Assembly (NCBI RefSeq): GCF_009914755.1
Contig: NC_060936.1
Source: the human T2T-CHM13v2.0 reference genome, Homo sapiens
Direction: 5' to 3' (one strand)
DNA length: 64,000 nucleotides
Shown here: positions 31,723 through 46,335 of the stretch, piece after piece
Layout of the letters: each line of letters starts with the position of its first letter
Position numbering within the stretch: the stretch's first letter is position 1
The notes under the pieces: generated by a model
Seen by the model: only the letters and a program-made list of their open reading frames with translations
Database searches by the model: none
Told to the model about the DNA's origin: nothing
Program-made: the position numbers and the translations under genes

Positions 31723-32250
31723 AAATCCATTAGATTGGTTAAGGAAAATCACTCCTTAAATAACATTAAAGTACATCTCTTAAGGAAAATAATGTCAGTT
31801 CTGTCCAAATTTTTGCTAAGCAGCTGAGCTGCTATTTACCATAAAGTTCTGCATTTAGGTGCATCTGTGCAACAGATATATTAGAATGGCACGTTTTGAA
31901 TGTTACATCTGTTAGTAAAATGTAGACAGGCTCAAATTGCTAATTAAACATGAAATTGTATGTGTCAATTAGGAGCCAATTTCCTTTTAAAACTGTCTAA
32001 TGTTTAGGGCACAATAAATCAAGCTAGTATCTGGAACTGTTTGAGTCTTGACCTGTGTGGGAAGGCGGTCCAGTGCACTGAATATAGGCTAGACAGTTTC
32101 CATGGATACCTCACACTACTTGATGTGTAGAAACTCAAAATTATAAACAACTTCATGGAAATTATGGTTCACAAAATATGTTAGTTAAAAAAGCCCTCAT
32201 CTTCCTAAAAAAAGATCCCAGAATTTATTTTGTTAACAAGTAGATAAGGG

Positions 32251-32253
<3 letters not shown>

Positions 32254-32312
<59 letters not shown>

Positions 32313-32330
32313 TGGGGGGTGGGGGTGGGG
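32254..32330 (+). repeat. (TG)~29 followed by a G-run tract
   Basis: Perfect TG run, then GGTGGGGGGTGGGGGTGGGG. Confidence 0.95.
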
Positions 32331-34370
32331 AGAGAAGGGAAACAAATTTTTAAAAGGACAGCTTTTAAGTGCCTTTGTAATTCATATGGGAGGAAGAGAC
32401 ATTCAAAATGTTGCTCTCATCATAAGCTTTATAGCAAACCTCAAGAGTTTAAAGACAGTTTGCTTTTACAGGAACTAACCATATTGAATTATGCCAGCTG
32501 AGTTTAATTAATCTAGCCACTGCATACTAATATGCTAGTCTTTCCAAATAAACGTACACTATAATTACAACCAGGCTACTCCGCCCACCATCCTTTTACT
32601 CCTTCTCATAAAATAAGACTACACATCTTCCAGATGTGACAGAAAAGCCATAGTGGTATTTGCCAACCATTTCAGAATTAAACATAATAAAGGATGAGAA
32701 GAAGACATGTAGCTTCCATAAGAAAAGAAGATGCTTCCCACAGACTTTGTTGACAAGACCTGACCACACACCTGTTTACTTACAGCTTTAGCAGGCTAGA
32801 GAAGGAGGAGTGAGAAGATCACAATGTCAGCTTTTTCCATGTCCCCAAATCACTTCCACTGTTAAGCAGTCAGGTCGCAGAATGCCAAAGACAATCAGCA
32901 TGCACAGAAATGCAGTCATTTTCTTTGGACCACTTAATCTAGTCATTACAGGAGGACCCGCAGGAGTAAGGTGAAGAACACAAATTGTTTTAATAATGGA
33001 GACAAATGAATCAGTAAATTCAATTTGAATTAAACTAATATTTGATTACGTATCAGGGCAGTTTCACAAATGTCATCTCATTTGGTGCTCATAGCAAACT
33101 AACACCTAGCTTAGCAGCAAGAGTCAACTGCATTATTTGCTCTTCCGAAATATTTTTGAGGAGTGTGCATTTGTTTTAATTTAAAGCAAAATAAAGACAG
33201 CTTTTTGAAAAATTATAAAATGTTCACTAGACGTGTTGGGGGCAGAAGTTGTTGGTAAAAAATCACAAAAAGAACTGTACCGAAAAATACATTAAGTATA
33301 TCTCTGCTCTAATAACATTTTCTATGCTATTATCAACTCTTCTCCCCTATTTCAAATTCACTATCATCTTGACTTCCCCAAATTCTGTTTTCTCAGTCTC
33401 TTTTTTCCTGAGCTGTAACCAATCGTTTCCCTGCAATCCTTCTTGCTTCTTCTGGGTGTCTAATTGTTTAAAAGTAAAAGAGTGCTCCACAAGTATCATC
33501 CCATCAGTGGAACAGGAGCATCCTTCACACCTGTGTGTGTGTTCCACTGCTCCCAGGGCCTTTTCCACCAAATCCTCCTTGCTCTTCTGGTCTGTTTAAT
33601 GTCACTGTCTTGGAGAAGCTGTTTCTGACACCCCTCCCCTAGCCCAGTTTGTGCCCTCTGGTTGCACACTCATACAGTACTCTGGACTTCTCCTTCAGAG
33701 TAAATTTAAAACAGAAATTAATTAATCCCTGTCCAACTATTTGGTTGGTATGATTTTCTCACTAAACGCCAAGAAGGTAGAGTGATTGTTCATCAGTGCC
33801 TTTCCAGGGCTGAGCAGACATTCAATAACTTTTTTTGTAAGTATTTACTGTCTCACCCATTTTTTTTCTATTTCCAAATACCTCTGCATTCTGTCATTTC
33901 CATAATTTCCTAATAGATTTTTTTCATAGAATTCATATTCTTGCTTTTCAAAATCACCTAAAAAGTCATACTATGACATAAACATTCTTTATTCTATTTT
34001 GACCTCTGATGAATAGAAAGTAATTACTCTCAGCATATGTGGGACCAATGTGTAAACATGTGTGGGACCACGTTTGGGACATGCGTGAGGCCAACGCATA
34101 GACAGCTGGAGGCTGGTAGAACATAGCTACAAATCAAGTCTTGAAGTCTAAGCCATCTCTGTCCACCATTTTCGCCCTCAGGCCCCATCAGTTTCTTTAG
34201 TTCTGTCCTCCTCAACGTCTTTCCACACCATCTTACTATTCCTGACACTAAAATCTCCTTCTCTGAAACATCTGTCATCCTAAACAACCTCCCAGTACCT
34301 CTCTGCCTCATCTACTCTTCATCTCATTTCCACCCTCAGTCAAAAACATATTTTGCTCTTGCTTTACCTC

Positions 34371-35444
<1,074 letters not shown>

Positions 35445-36639
35445 GGGAAACAATTTTTAACTCTAAAGCATATGAGCAGATACCTTACTATAAGACACTC
35501 TGCAGTTACCATTGTGAAACACAGAATGCTGCCTGTATGCCCAGGGGATTTCACAGATTTATGAAAGCCATTTCCATCCTGCATTTTAAAAGCCCTTGCT
35601 TAAATTCGAATTAAGATTCATTATGCTTTTGCCATGATACTAACATTTTAACCCAGTGAAAAAAGAATATTAATATTCTTTTTATTCTGGAAAATGTAAA
35701 AAGTTTTCTAAAGATCCAGTGTCAAAGACTCATTAGCTAGTTTTACCTTAAATAATATAGGCCAGTTTGGGTCACTCTGAATGGGCAATTACTTCCTGTC
35801 CTGGGCAGCTCCAGCTGTTACTCTTCCTCGGATACTTTGTTCAGACCTCTCTCTCTCTCTCTGCAGAAACCCTGACTTTGAGCATAAGCCAGCCATGAAG
35901 CTGCCATGAAAAGTCATCTGGGAATATAATTTCATCTACACCCAAGTTTTCCAGGTTTCTCTTGTCTCAGCACTCCCTGTTTCCAGCACCTTTGCCTTAT
36001 GTCTTCTATCCAATTTTTCCACTGTCTCCAAATTTCCTTTATTGCCAATTATCACACACACACACACACACACACATGCAACCCTACATTTTTCCCCCGC
36101 CGTGGTAGTCCCTGAACAAAAGTCTCATACATAAAAGCTACCCAGGAGGAAAATCAACTGACTTCAGGCCACATGTATGTCATCAACTATTTCAAAATGA
36201 TCTCTAACATCCACTTGTTGTGTTTCCACCAAACTTGTCATTTGTCGTTTGTCCCATGTTTGAACTTCTGAAAATATTTCCCTTTCACAATGATGGCTGA
36301 AGGATTAATAAGCCTCCTTAGAAATCTGTCAATTAAATCTGTATCTTAAGAACAATGTGATACTTATAAACCATAGACTGCATAATTTTAGTCTTATTTT
36401 TTAATATTTTATCAGCTATGGAAGAAGAGTGAGCTAAATTCCTTAATGTAATCAGCTCTTTTGTTAAAAGCTTCCAACTAACTACGATGTTTTTTTAAAA
36501 AAAGAAAGAGTTTAGAAAAAGGGAGGGAAAAGAAGAAAGGGTAAATGAATTGAAGGATAGCACTGGCTGGGATTTGTATCAATTTATGTTTTAAATGCAA
36601 AAAACAAAGCGATTACAGTATTGCTGTTTCCTTTAATGA

Positions 36640-36895
36640 AGTCCCGAAAATGATTTACAGGAGTATTTACTGCAGTCATGATGTTTCTAAGCTTGAAAGA
36701 AATCCATACAAAAAGATATTCTGCTGTATCAGATCAATTGAGTTCCAGCCTGGCAAGAAGTGATGATAATTATTGGAAAGTAAATTGTTATGTTTTTGTC
36801 TGACTGCCTGTTGCCTTGGCACGTGCTATTTCCAACTCTGTCTGGAAATAATAGTACATTGAGCCATCTTGGGTGACTTACATAACCCGCTACTA
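36640..36895. promoter_or_regulatory. Candidate enhancer (PBX-HOX-like, E-box, D-box)
   Basis: TGATTTAC 36651-36658, CACGTG 36820-36825, TTACATAA 36878-36885 in unique sequence. Confidence 0.35.
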
Positions 36896-38123
36896 TCATT
36901 TGAAAACTGTCAGCTCCAGTAACTTGCTACTGTTTGTACAGTTTCACTACTGAAACACTGACTTCATTGCATTTATTTTCTGCCTGTTGCCAAGAACCGT
37001 ATGTTAAAAGGAAAATTAAGTATAAAGCTTCACCTTTAATCTAAATTCACACCATTTTCAATTTGGTTACGCACAATAATAAAAAATAAATAAGATTTAA
37101 TGAAGAGCTGACTATAAAATAGTTCCTATTTTAATTTATCAATTAAAATTTGTATTGTAGCTATGACTAATTATCCAGGCAAAACATAATTATTTCTACT
37201 GTCTGGAACTATAACAAAAGACCAAGAAATCAGCCTTTGATCAGAATAGTATCTATGTATTTTCTCATCAGTTAAAAGTAAGATGATGGAAAATTATCCT
37301 CCTAAATTCCAGGTAGTTTAACAAATATACAGAGTAATTTCTACCTCAGTAGCAAAATACCAACAGAATAGTGAAAAACAGGGTCCACAAGATCTTACTC
37401 AGATTGAACCAGTTTACTCCAGTATCAGCAAAATAACAAGAAAGAACAATCTATAAATTAAAAGATATAGGGAGAAAATAGGAGCTTTGCATCATTTATC
37501 AAAGAAAGTAGTTTTCTTGGAATGCTCAAATATTAGCACCAAATTCTAATACTAAAGTTTTTCTTTAAAATAAATGAAAGGCAAGAAAGAGAAAAGCAGC
37601 ATGTCTCTCATTTTCTACAGTGATTTTCTGGGGCAAGTGTGAACATTATTTTACTTCCATATTTGAACAGCACCTGCTGTAATTATTGTATTGCCTGTGT
37701 AAACTATCAAAGCCCTGATATTAAACTGCTATTCCTTAAGGCCCACACTGACTTCCAGCATGTGCATGGCTAATGAATTTAGTATCATTATACTGCTGTG
37801 GAAATCAACAAAAAGAAGGAGAAGAAAATAAAAGCCTGAAAACTCCATTTTCAGCAAAAGAAAGAGACAGATATAATCCACAAACTACAGAAGACACATA
37901 AGAGCTGCCCATATCAGCAGCCATCAGGCAGAAGCCAAGCAGGAGAAAGTACAGAGAAGCACTGAGAGTGGCCACATGGCCGAGCCGCATCCCCAAGAAG
38001 TTAAGGCAAAAATCTATCTCCTGAAGTGAAGGAGCCCACCAAGAAACACCAAAGCCGCAGTTCATATTTGTATCCATAGAAGTCAGAATTAGGGGGAGAA
38101 AAGGCAAGGTCAGAAATGTAGAG

Positions 38124-38442
38124 GGCCCGGGTATGGTGGCTCATGCCTGTAATCCCAGCACTTTGGGAGGCTGAGGCAGGCAGACTGCTTGAGCCCAGGA
38201 GTTCAAGACCAGCCTGAGCAACATGGAAAAATTCCATCTCTACAAAAAAAAAAGAAAAAGAAAAAAGCTGGGTGTGGTGGTGTGGTGTCATGAGCATGTA
38301 ATCCCATCTACTTAGGAGGCTGAGGCAGGAGGACTGCTTGAGCCCTGAAGGCAGAGGTTGCAGTGAGCCATGATTGCACCACTGAACTCTAGCCTGGGTG
38401 ACAGAGTGAGACCCTGTCTCAAAAGAAAAAAGAAAAGAAAAG
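38124..38442 (+). mobile_element. AluJ
   Basis: gcttgagcccaggagttcaag diagnostics; (AAAAG) tail. Confidence 0.9.
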
Positions 38443-38510
38443 ACGAAGAAAAGAGAAGGGGAGAGGAGAGGGGAGGGGAGGGGAGGCGGGGGAGGGAAGG
38501 GGAGGACAGG

Positions 38511-38698
38511 AAGGAAAGGAAAGGAAAGGAAAGGAAAGGAAAGGAAAGGAAAGGAAAGGAAGGGAAGGGAAAGGAAAGGAAAGGAAAGGAAAGGAAAGGA
38601 AAGGAAAGGAAAGGAAAGGAAAGGAAGGGAAAGGAAAGGAAAGGAAAGGAAAGGAAAGGAAAGGAAAGGAAAGGAAAGGAAAGGAAAGGAAAGGAAAG
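38511..38698 (+). repeat. (GGAAA)n pentanucleotide array, ~37 units, with AAGGG interruptions
   Basis: Direct observation. Confidence 0.97.
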
Positions 38699-39556
38699 CT
38701 AAGCTGAGGAACTACTGTTATGAAAGATACCATCAGAGTGGCCATATTTTTAGGATGTGCTCCAGCTTTGTGATAGCAGAAAAGAAAAGGGCTTTGGGGT
38801 CTTCAAAGACTTCCCATAAATTACTGGTTGTATCAACTGAAAGAATATATATAAGGAATATAAAGGGGAAAGGAAAGGTGAGAGATGCAAGAGCAAAGTT
38901 TATCAATAAATAGCACTCATGGATTATACAAACAAATTAAAATCATTATAAAAAAATTTTTATATGCACTTTTTAACATGATGAAATCACCTCTATAAAG
39001 GAATGCTGCATAGCAAAAAGATAAGAAATTCAGGAAGAAATTGTGGAAAAAATAGGAGATGAACATTTAAAAAGTATTTCTTTGGAAATGAATAAATAAT
39101 TGGAAGGGACACAAATAAGCTCGACACTACAGCAAACAAAGAGATGGAGAGGATAGATATGAGAAAAAAATAAAATGGGTATTTCAAAAATCTCTTCAAA
39201 AGTTAAAAGAGAACGTAAAAGAAAAAAAAGACAGTGAATGGAAGACTCAGCATATACATAATTGGAGATCTGAAGAAGGAAACAAAAGAAATGGAAGTTA
39301 ACAAATAGTTTTAAAATATATAATGTAATAGAATTATCTTAAATGTAAGAATATTTGAAGAGTATAACATTGATGACAAGTAAGAAAACTAGGAACTAGT
39401 TTTTTAAACTTCAAAAGATCCCTTGCATCTAGAAAATAAACTCTCCTTAAACAACTTTTAGAAGAGAAAAATTCTAAAGAGAATTTCTGAAAAACAACAA
39501 TAATTAAAATACTATATATAGGGAGATGCTATGGGATGCAACTAAAGTAGTGATAA

Positions 39557-40895
<1,339 letters not shown>

Positions 40896-42460
40896 TAAAG
40901 TAGTGCTAAGAGAAAAATCTGTATCCTCAAAACATCCATAGAAATAAAAATAAATGTCATACCCAAAAATAAAAAATAGCAAAATTTTAAACCAACTCAT
41001 TAAATATAGAAGCATGGTGTAACGAGGTTGAAAAGAAATACAAACAGCACTAATTTTTAAATTTTTAAAATTTAACAATTTTTTAAAAACTTGCTTTCTG
41101 AGAAAATTAACCAGCAGAAACCCTAGTAAAGAAAGAAGGAAAGCCTGAAATACTAAGTAAAACATTGCAAGAAGGAAATAACTAAAGAAACAGAAAAAAA
41201 TTAAATGATCACAAGATTTTCTATGATCAACAAGATTTTTCAACTACACGTAAACTTTTTTGAAAGACTGCATAAAACGAATAAATTTCTAGAAAAATAA
41301 AATTTATCAAAATTGAACCCAAAAGAGACAGAAAATCTAAAGGGACCATTTTCATGTAATAAATAAAGGAAATTGTCAAAGAGCAAACAGCTCAAAAAGC
41401 ACCAAGCCCAGATAGTTTCACAGGGAACTTCTCCCAAAGAGAAGATCAATCCAGCACTTTTTAACTGTTTCAGAGCAGAAGAAAATAAGAAAAACTTCCA
41501 AATTCTTCCTATGAAATAAATAAAAAACTAACAAATAGTAATCAACAATAAATAAAACCTACAATATTTTTATAAATATCATTGTGTACAAACACACACG
41601 TGTGTGGGTGTGTTTGTGTGTTGGTGAATTCCATGACCCAGTGGAATTTGTTCCAGGAATGCAAAGATGGCTCAATGTTAGAAACATTAGGAAACTGCTT
41701 AACAAAATAGAAAGCTTATAGAAATATAGTACTTACATAAAACAGCAAAAGTCCTATGATTATGCTTTACAGATGCTGAAGAACCATTTGACAAAATTTA
41801 ATTTCATTTCTGATTTTAAAAGTAAGTATAATAAATAGATGCTTCTTTAACAAAATAAAATATATTTATCTTGTCCCAAAAGCCAGCATCATGCTTACTG
41901 AGAAATATTAAAGGCATTCTCAATAAGGCCGGATAGAGACAAAGATGTTCATTACCATTAATATTTAACATGTGCTGGATGCACAAGCCAAAACAATTGG
42001 CAGAGATAAATGATGTAGAGACAAAATATTTAGAAACCATCAATATTTGCAGATGATGTCATTTTGTCCTGTGAACGCCAAAGACAATAAAATGAAAAAC
42101 TACTGAAAACAGTAAGAGAATTTATTAAGGTAATGAGGTTTAAAACATAAAGAGGTTCTCTATGAACTTATATGGCAAAATCAACGAGATATATTAAGTA
42201 AAAAGAGAAAGGTGTGAAATAGTGGTATGATAAGTGATATGACAGAAACAAACATACATACTGTGTTTGCTTGTATATACATAAAGAAACTCTGAAAACA
42301 TACATAAGAAACCAATAATAGTGATTACCTGGCTGGGAGGTAGGTGGGAGGATGGGAACACGGTGCAAGGGCAATGAAGGTGGGAAAGAAACTATTCTTG
42401 TTACATTTTGGTACTATGCAGTATATTACCTATTCAAAAATTAAATGTAAAATAACTTTT
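40896..42460 (+). mobile_element. Old L1M ORF2 remnant (its 5' part continues at ~38950-39556)
   Basis: aagcccagatagtttcacagg, ccaggaatgcaaagatggctcaa, atatttgcagatgatg (FADD motif). Confidence 0.8.
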
Positions 42461-42494
42461 AATTGAGATAGTTTTCTTAAGGTTTTCAGAGAAA

Positions 42495-43088
42495 CATACC
42501 AGTTATTGAGCTGTTGCCTCTCAGCTCCAAACTCCCCCTTGTGATTTGGGACTGAAATTTTATGGATCACATTTCTACTTTGCTGGCTACATCTAGGATA
42601 GGCTTTGCCAGCAGGAAGTATGAGAGGGAGATTGCAGGCAATCTGGGAGGAAGAACAGACTCCAGGAAGGAAGAAGAGACTTGTTCCTCTTCTCTGCTTC
42701 CTATGGGCTTCCTGTTGACTTCCTGTTTTTGCTTCCTGTTCTTGTGAGTGTCATTCCAAACACACTTTATTCTGGCAAGGGTGTTTCCTGCTCAAAGCCA
42801 CAACTAACCCAGTCTGTAGTTTTTCCAACACGCCTTTCCCTCAGAAATAGCGGCTCCTGGTCTTTGCCAGTGGTCCCCAAGGTCTGAGTTCCAGCCACAT
42901 GGGACCTCTCATCTAAGTTTTAAGTTACTTCTCTTTGCTCCTGATGTAGGGGTGAGATCTGCTTCATGAAATGGCTATCTTTGTGACACTTTAGTGTCTT
43001 TCTTTTCATCTTTCATTTCTTCATTCCTAGCTATCAATTCTTCATATTAAATTTTTTGTTAAAATAATTTGTGGATTTTTGTCTCCTG
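42495..43088 (+). mobile_element. ERVL-class LTR (LTR33-like)
   Basis: taccagtta...ttgcctctcagctccaaa start; tctcctgattcaaacctgattgata end. Confidence 0.65.
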
Positions 43089-46000
43089 ATTCAAACCTGA
43101 TTGATAGACCAACCAAGAAAATCTTTCTCTTTATTTTTTAAGCACATACTATATCTATATATGAATTTGACTGATTAGATATTTATGGGGTATGGATCTT
43201 CTATAGGCTGATATAACTTTGAAAAATTATAGCAGAACAAGTCAGGAATCAAGTAGAATTAGTTTATGTAAGGAATATAACATGCTCCTTTTTAGAGCAT
43301 CTGGATAAATTATTTCCTGAACCAAACATCACATTGAAGTAGCAATATGAGTCACTGTGAAAGAAAGTACATTAAAGACTCAGATTTTGCCCCTAAGTAG
43401 CTTCCTTTCTATGGTATAAATACTCAAATAGAAACTCCAGTTAACCAACCTGTATAATGCTGATTTATTTTATTACCTGAAGATATTTTTTGGGAGGTGG
43501 TGCATTTTCAATAGTTATACAAAACTGACATTAATATTTAGTTCATTTGCAAAGAAAAGTTCACACACTCTTAACTGAAGTTCAGAAAACCATGATACTG
43601 TATTATTATTTATTTTTATAAGTGCAGCGCATGAAAAATAATTTATATTAATTATGTAATATAAAGAGTAAAATTTAAGATAAAAATACCTTAATAGCTG
43701 TCAATCATATACTTGGTAATGCACTATGACAGCTGAACAATTAAGAATGCGTTTCTAGAAAATACATGTTCTGCAAAGTTGCATGTACCCTGTTATTAAC
43801 TGTCAATATTTTTCAGATTCATTATATGCAGTCAGGGGCCCCTCGAGTCTTTCCAAAGCTTCAGCCAGGATGCTTTGGTCATCAAGCATGTAGGTTTACA
43901 GACTTAATTTGGCCTTTTCAAACACTTTCCTTTAAAACAAATATCTGTGGTACAAAACAAGACGATCTTCGTAAAAAGAGTGGGAGGGAGGAATGAAGAA
44001 AGGAGAGATGCTCAGGGAGTCCCATCCCCAACAGTAATGGATCATATCTCATCTTTTAAAGACGCAGATAGGAAAGGAAACAACAACAACAACAAAGCCA
44101 GACTCAATTATGTCAGGGTAAGGGATTAGCTAGTCCCTTTTTATTATTTTGCAAAGATGCAGCAGCGAGTTATATTCCCTGATGATAATGAGCTATCCCT
44201 ACATCACTAACTCATTAAACCAACTCTGAATTCACTCATTAACAAAGTTACTCCAGCTAGCATCAATTTAAGACCTGGAGGCTAGCCTTTTTATAGCAGA
44301 TGCCATTTACTGAATTACATTTCCCACTATATTCTTTTGACTACTATAAAATACTACAGCGTCAGACACAGAATATTTTATGTCTATTCTAGCAAGATAT
44401 ATTTTCTATTAAAGTTTTACTAAGAACCAAAAAGAATAAACTATGTTTTTACAATTTGATTTGAATAAACAGGATGAACACTATATAGTATAAATACTCG
44501 AAACTTTCAGTTAACCAACCTGTATAATGCTGATTTAATTCCCTGAAGATTTTTTAGATATTATATAGTGTTCATCCTGTTTATACACACACACACATCA
44601 GAAGTACAGCATAGAGATGTTCTAATGCTATCTCTGTAGCTTAGACTATTAGACATGAAGTAGCCACCAATCCTGATCTTAAATCACAATCACCTGGGAA
44701 GTTATTTTAAAACTATATATTCCCAGGTTTACGCTTTACACATAATAAATCAGGATTTCCTTGAAATATGGTCCAACTTGGCCCAGTTTGTGGGTCAGTG
44801 TTTGGGGACCATTATTACAGTGGAAGAAAACATCTAAGATCTGCTTTGGAACCCCTATCCAGTCACCTCTGAGCAGTGCGACCCCAAGCAGTTCATTATG
44901 CTTCTTGATGCATCCATTTTCCCTTTGGTTAAATGGAATAATACCTACTGCAGATAGTTATGGAAATTGAATGAATGGGAAAGTACATGTGCAAGTTAAA
45001 TCTCACACGTCATTTAGATAATCTATTAAATTGAAAAATTGTTAAATTCTGGGTTTTAGTACATATTAGAAAATAATCTACTCACATCAAAATCAGGATA
45101 TAAGAATTTACCTTAAGCAAATTCTTGAGAAGATTTTCAAAGAATAGAAGAAAAAAAGCCATGCTTCCACGGCGGGGGGGGAACCCCACAACAACACCGG
45201 TTTTGCTACAGTTCAAGACTGTTTTACCTAAAATCGCAAAAGAACTGTACACCTAATCCCTGTTGATATAACAAAATGGAAGCATTCTGCATAACATTTC
45301 GATGCCTTGGGTTTCAGCTCAGTGTCTGAACAATTCTAACGAGCATTGTCTCACAAGGTCTTTTGGTTAAAAACATAAATCCTATTTGGAGTAAAATAGA
45401 AGTAGAGGGAGCTGGGATAGCCAAGCTCACATCATTGATTTTGGTTGTTCCCCAGAGGCTCTTAAGCCTCTAGTATGATAATAATCCTCAACTTCTTTAC
45501 CAAGCCCCAATTTCTCAACTTCTATTACCTTCCTTCTTTTATCCCACATCTCTTTTCGTAAAAAGATAACTAGAAGCCTCAACCAAATATAGGGTTAATT
45601 TCTGACGGTTCCTTAAATTGATCAGCTATAATCTCACAAAAAATTAATTTGTTCAACATTAAAAGGCCATCTGAGCTCACAACTTAGTTTTAATTTAATT
45701 GAACTCACGATTTGACACTTTTTCTCGCTAATCTTCCTTCCCCCCACCAAATTATCACTGTATCAATTTCTTTATTCTCACTCATAGATAATTGCATTGA
45801 AAAATAAAATACTGGCAGCCTTTTAAGCAGATTCTCAAAAACAATGGCAAAATCTTTTTTTTTTTTAAAAAAAGCCTACTGCTAACTGTCTGTAAGAAAA
45901 CATTTTTCTCTACTTGTGAAGGTTGGTACTCCCCCACCCCTACATTATTTATCCAGGTTATATAATGCTTAAACTCAGCTCTTCAGGGGCATGATGATGT

Positions 46001-46159
46001 ATACATAATGCAAATATCCTTGCTGGAATTACAATGGCAATTTATCAATTTATGTGCAGCTAATCAACCCATTTGCTTTCTACTGTAGAGCAGTAAAAGC
46101 TTATCTCATGCAGACTCACGGATCGTTCAAAGCAATCTAATTGAATTTCAGGGCCAAGA

Positions 46160-46335
46160 GCATTGCACAACACGTGACGTGTCTCCAGTGGAGCACAGTG
46201 CCAGACACTGCAGGCGTTACATAATCACATGCTGTTGTTGGCAGAGCCGCCTCAGTGGCTTGGCAGTCTGTGTCTCCTCCAATCATGCCCCGCAGCTTTA
46301 ATCTGCACGGAGTGTGCACATGTACTGTCACATGC
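46160..46335. promoter_or_regulatory. Candidate enhancer (C/EBP, E-box, CRE-like and D-box cluster)
   Basis: ATTGCACAA 46162-46170, CACGTG 46171-46176, TGACGT 46175-46180, GTTACATAAT 46216-46225; several retained CpGs; not repeat-like. Confidence 0.5.

Noticed and set aside
38370-38745. ORFs encoding poly(KGKER) and poly(FPFLS)
   Set aside because: Stop-free by-product of the GGAAA repeat plus Alu; no evidence of a gene
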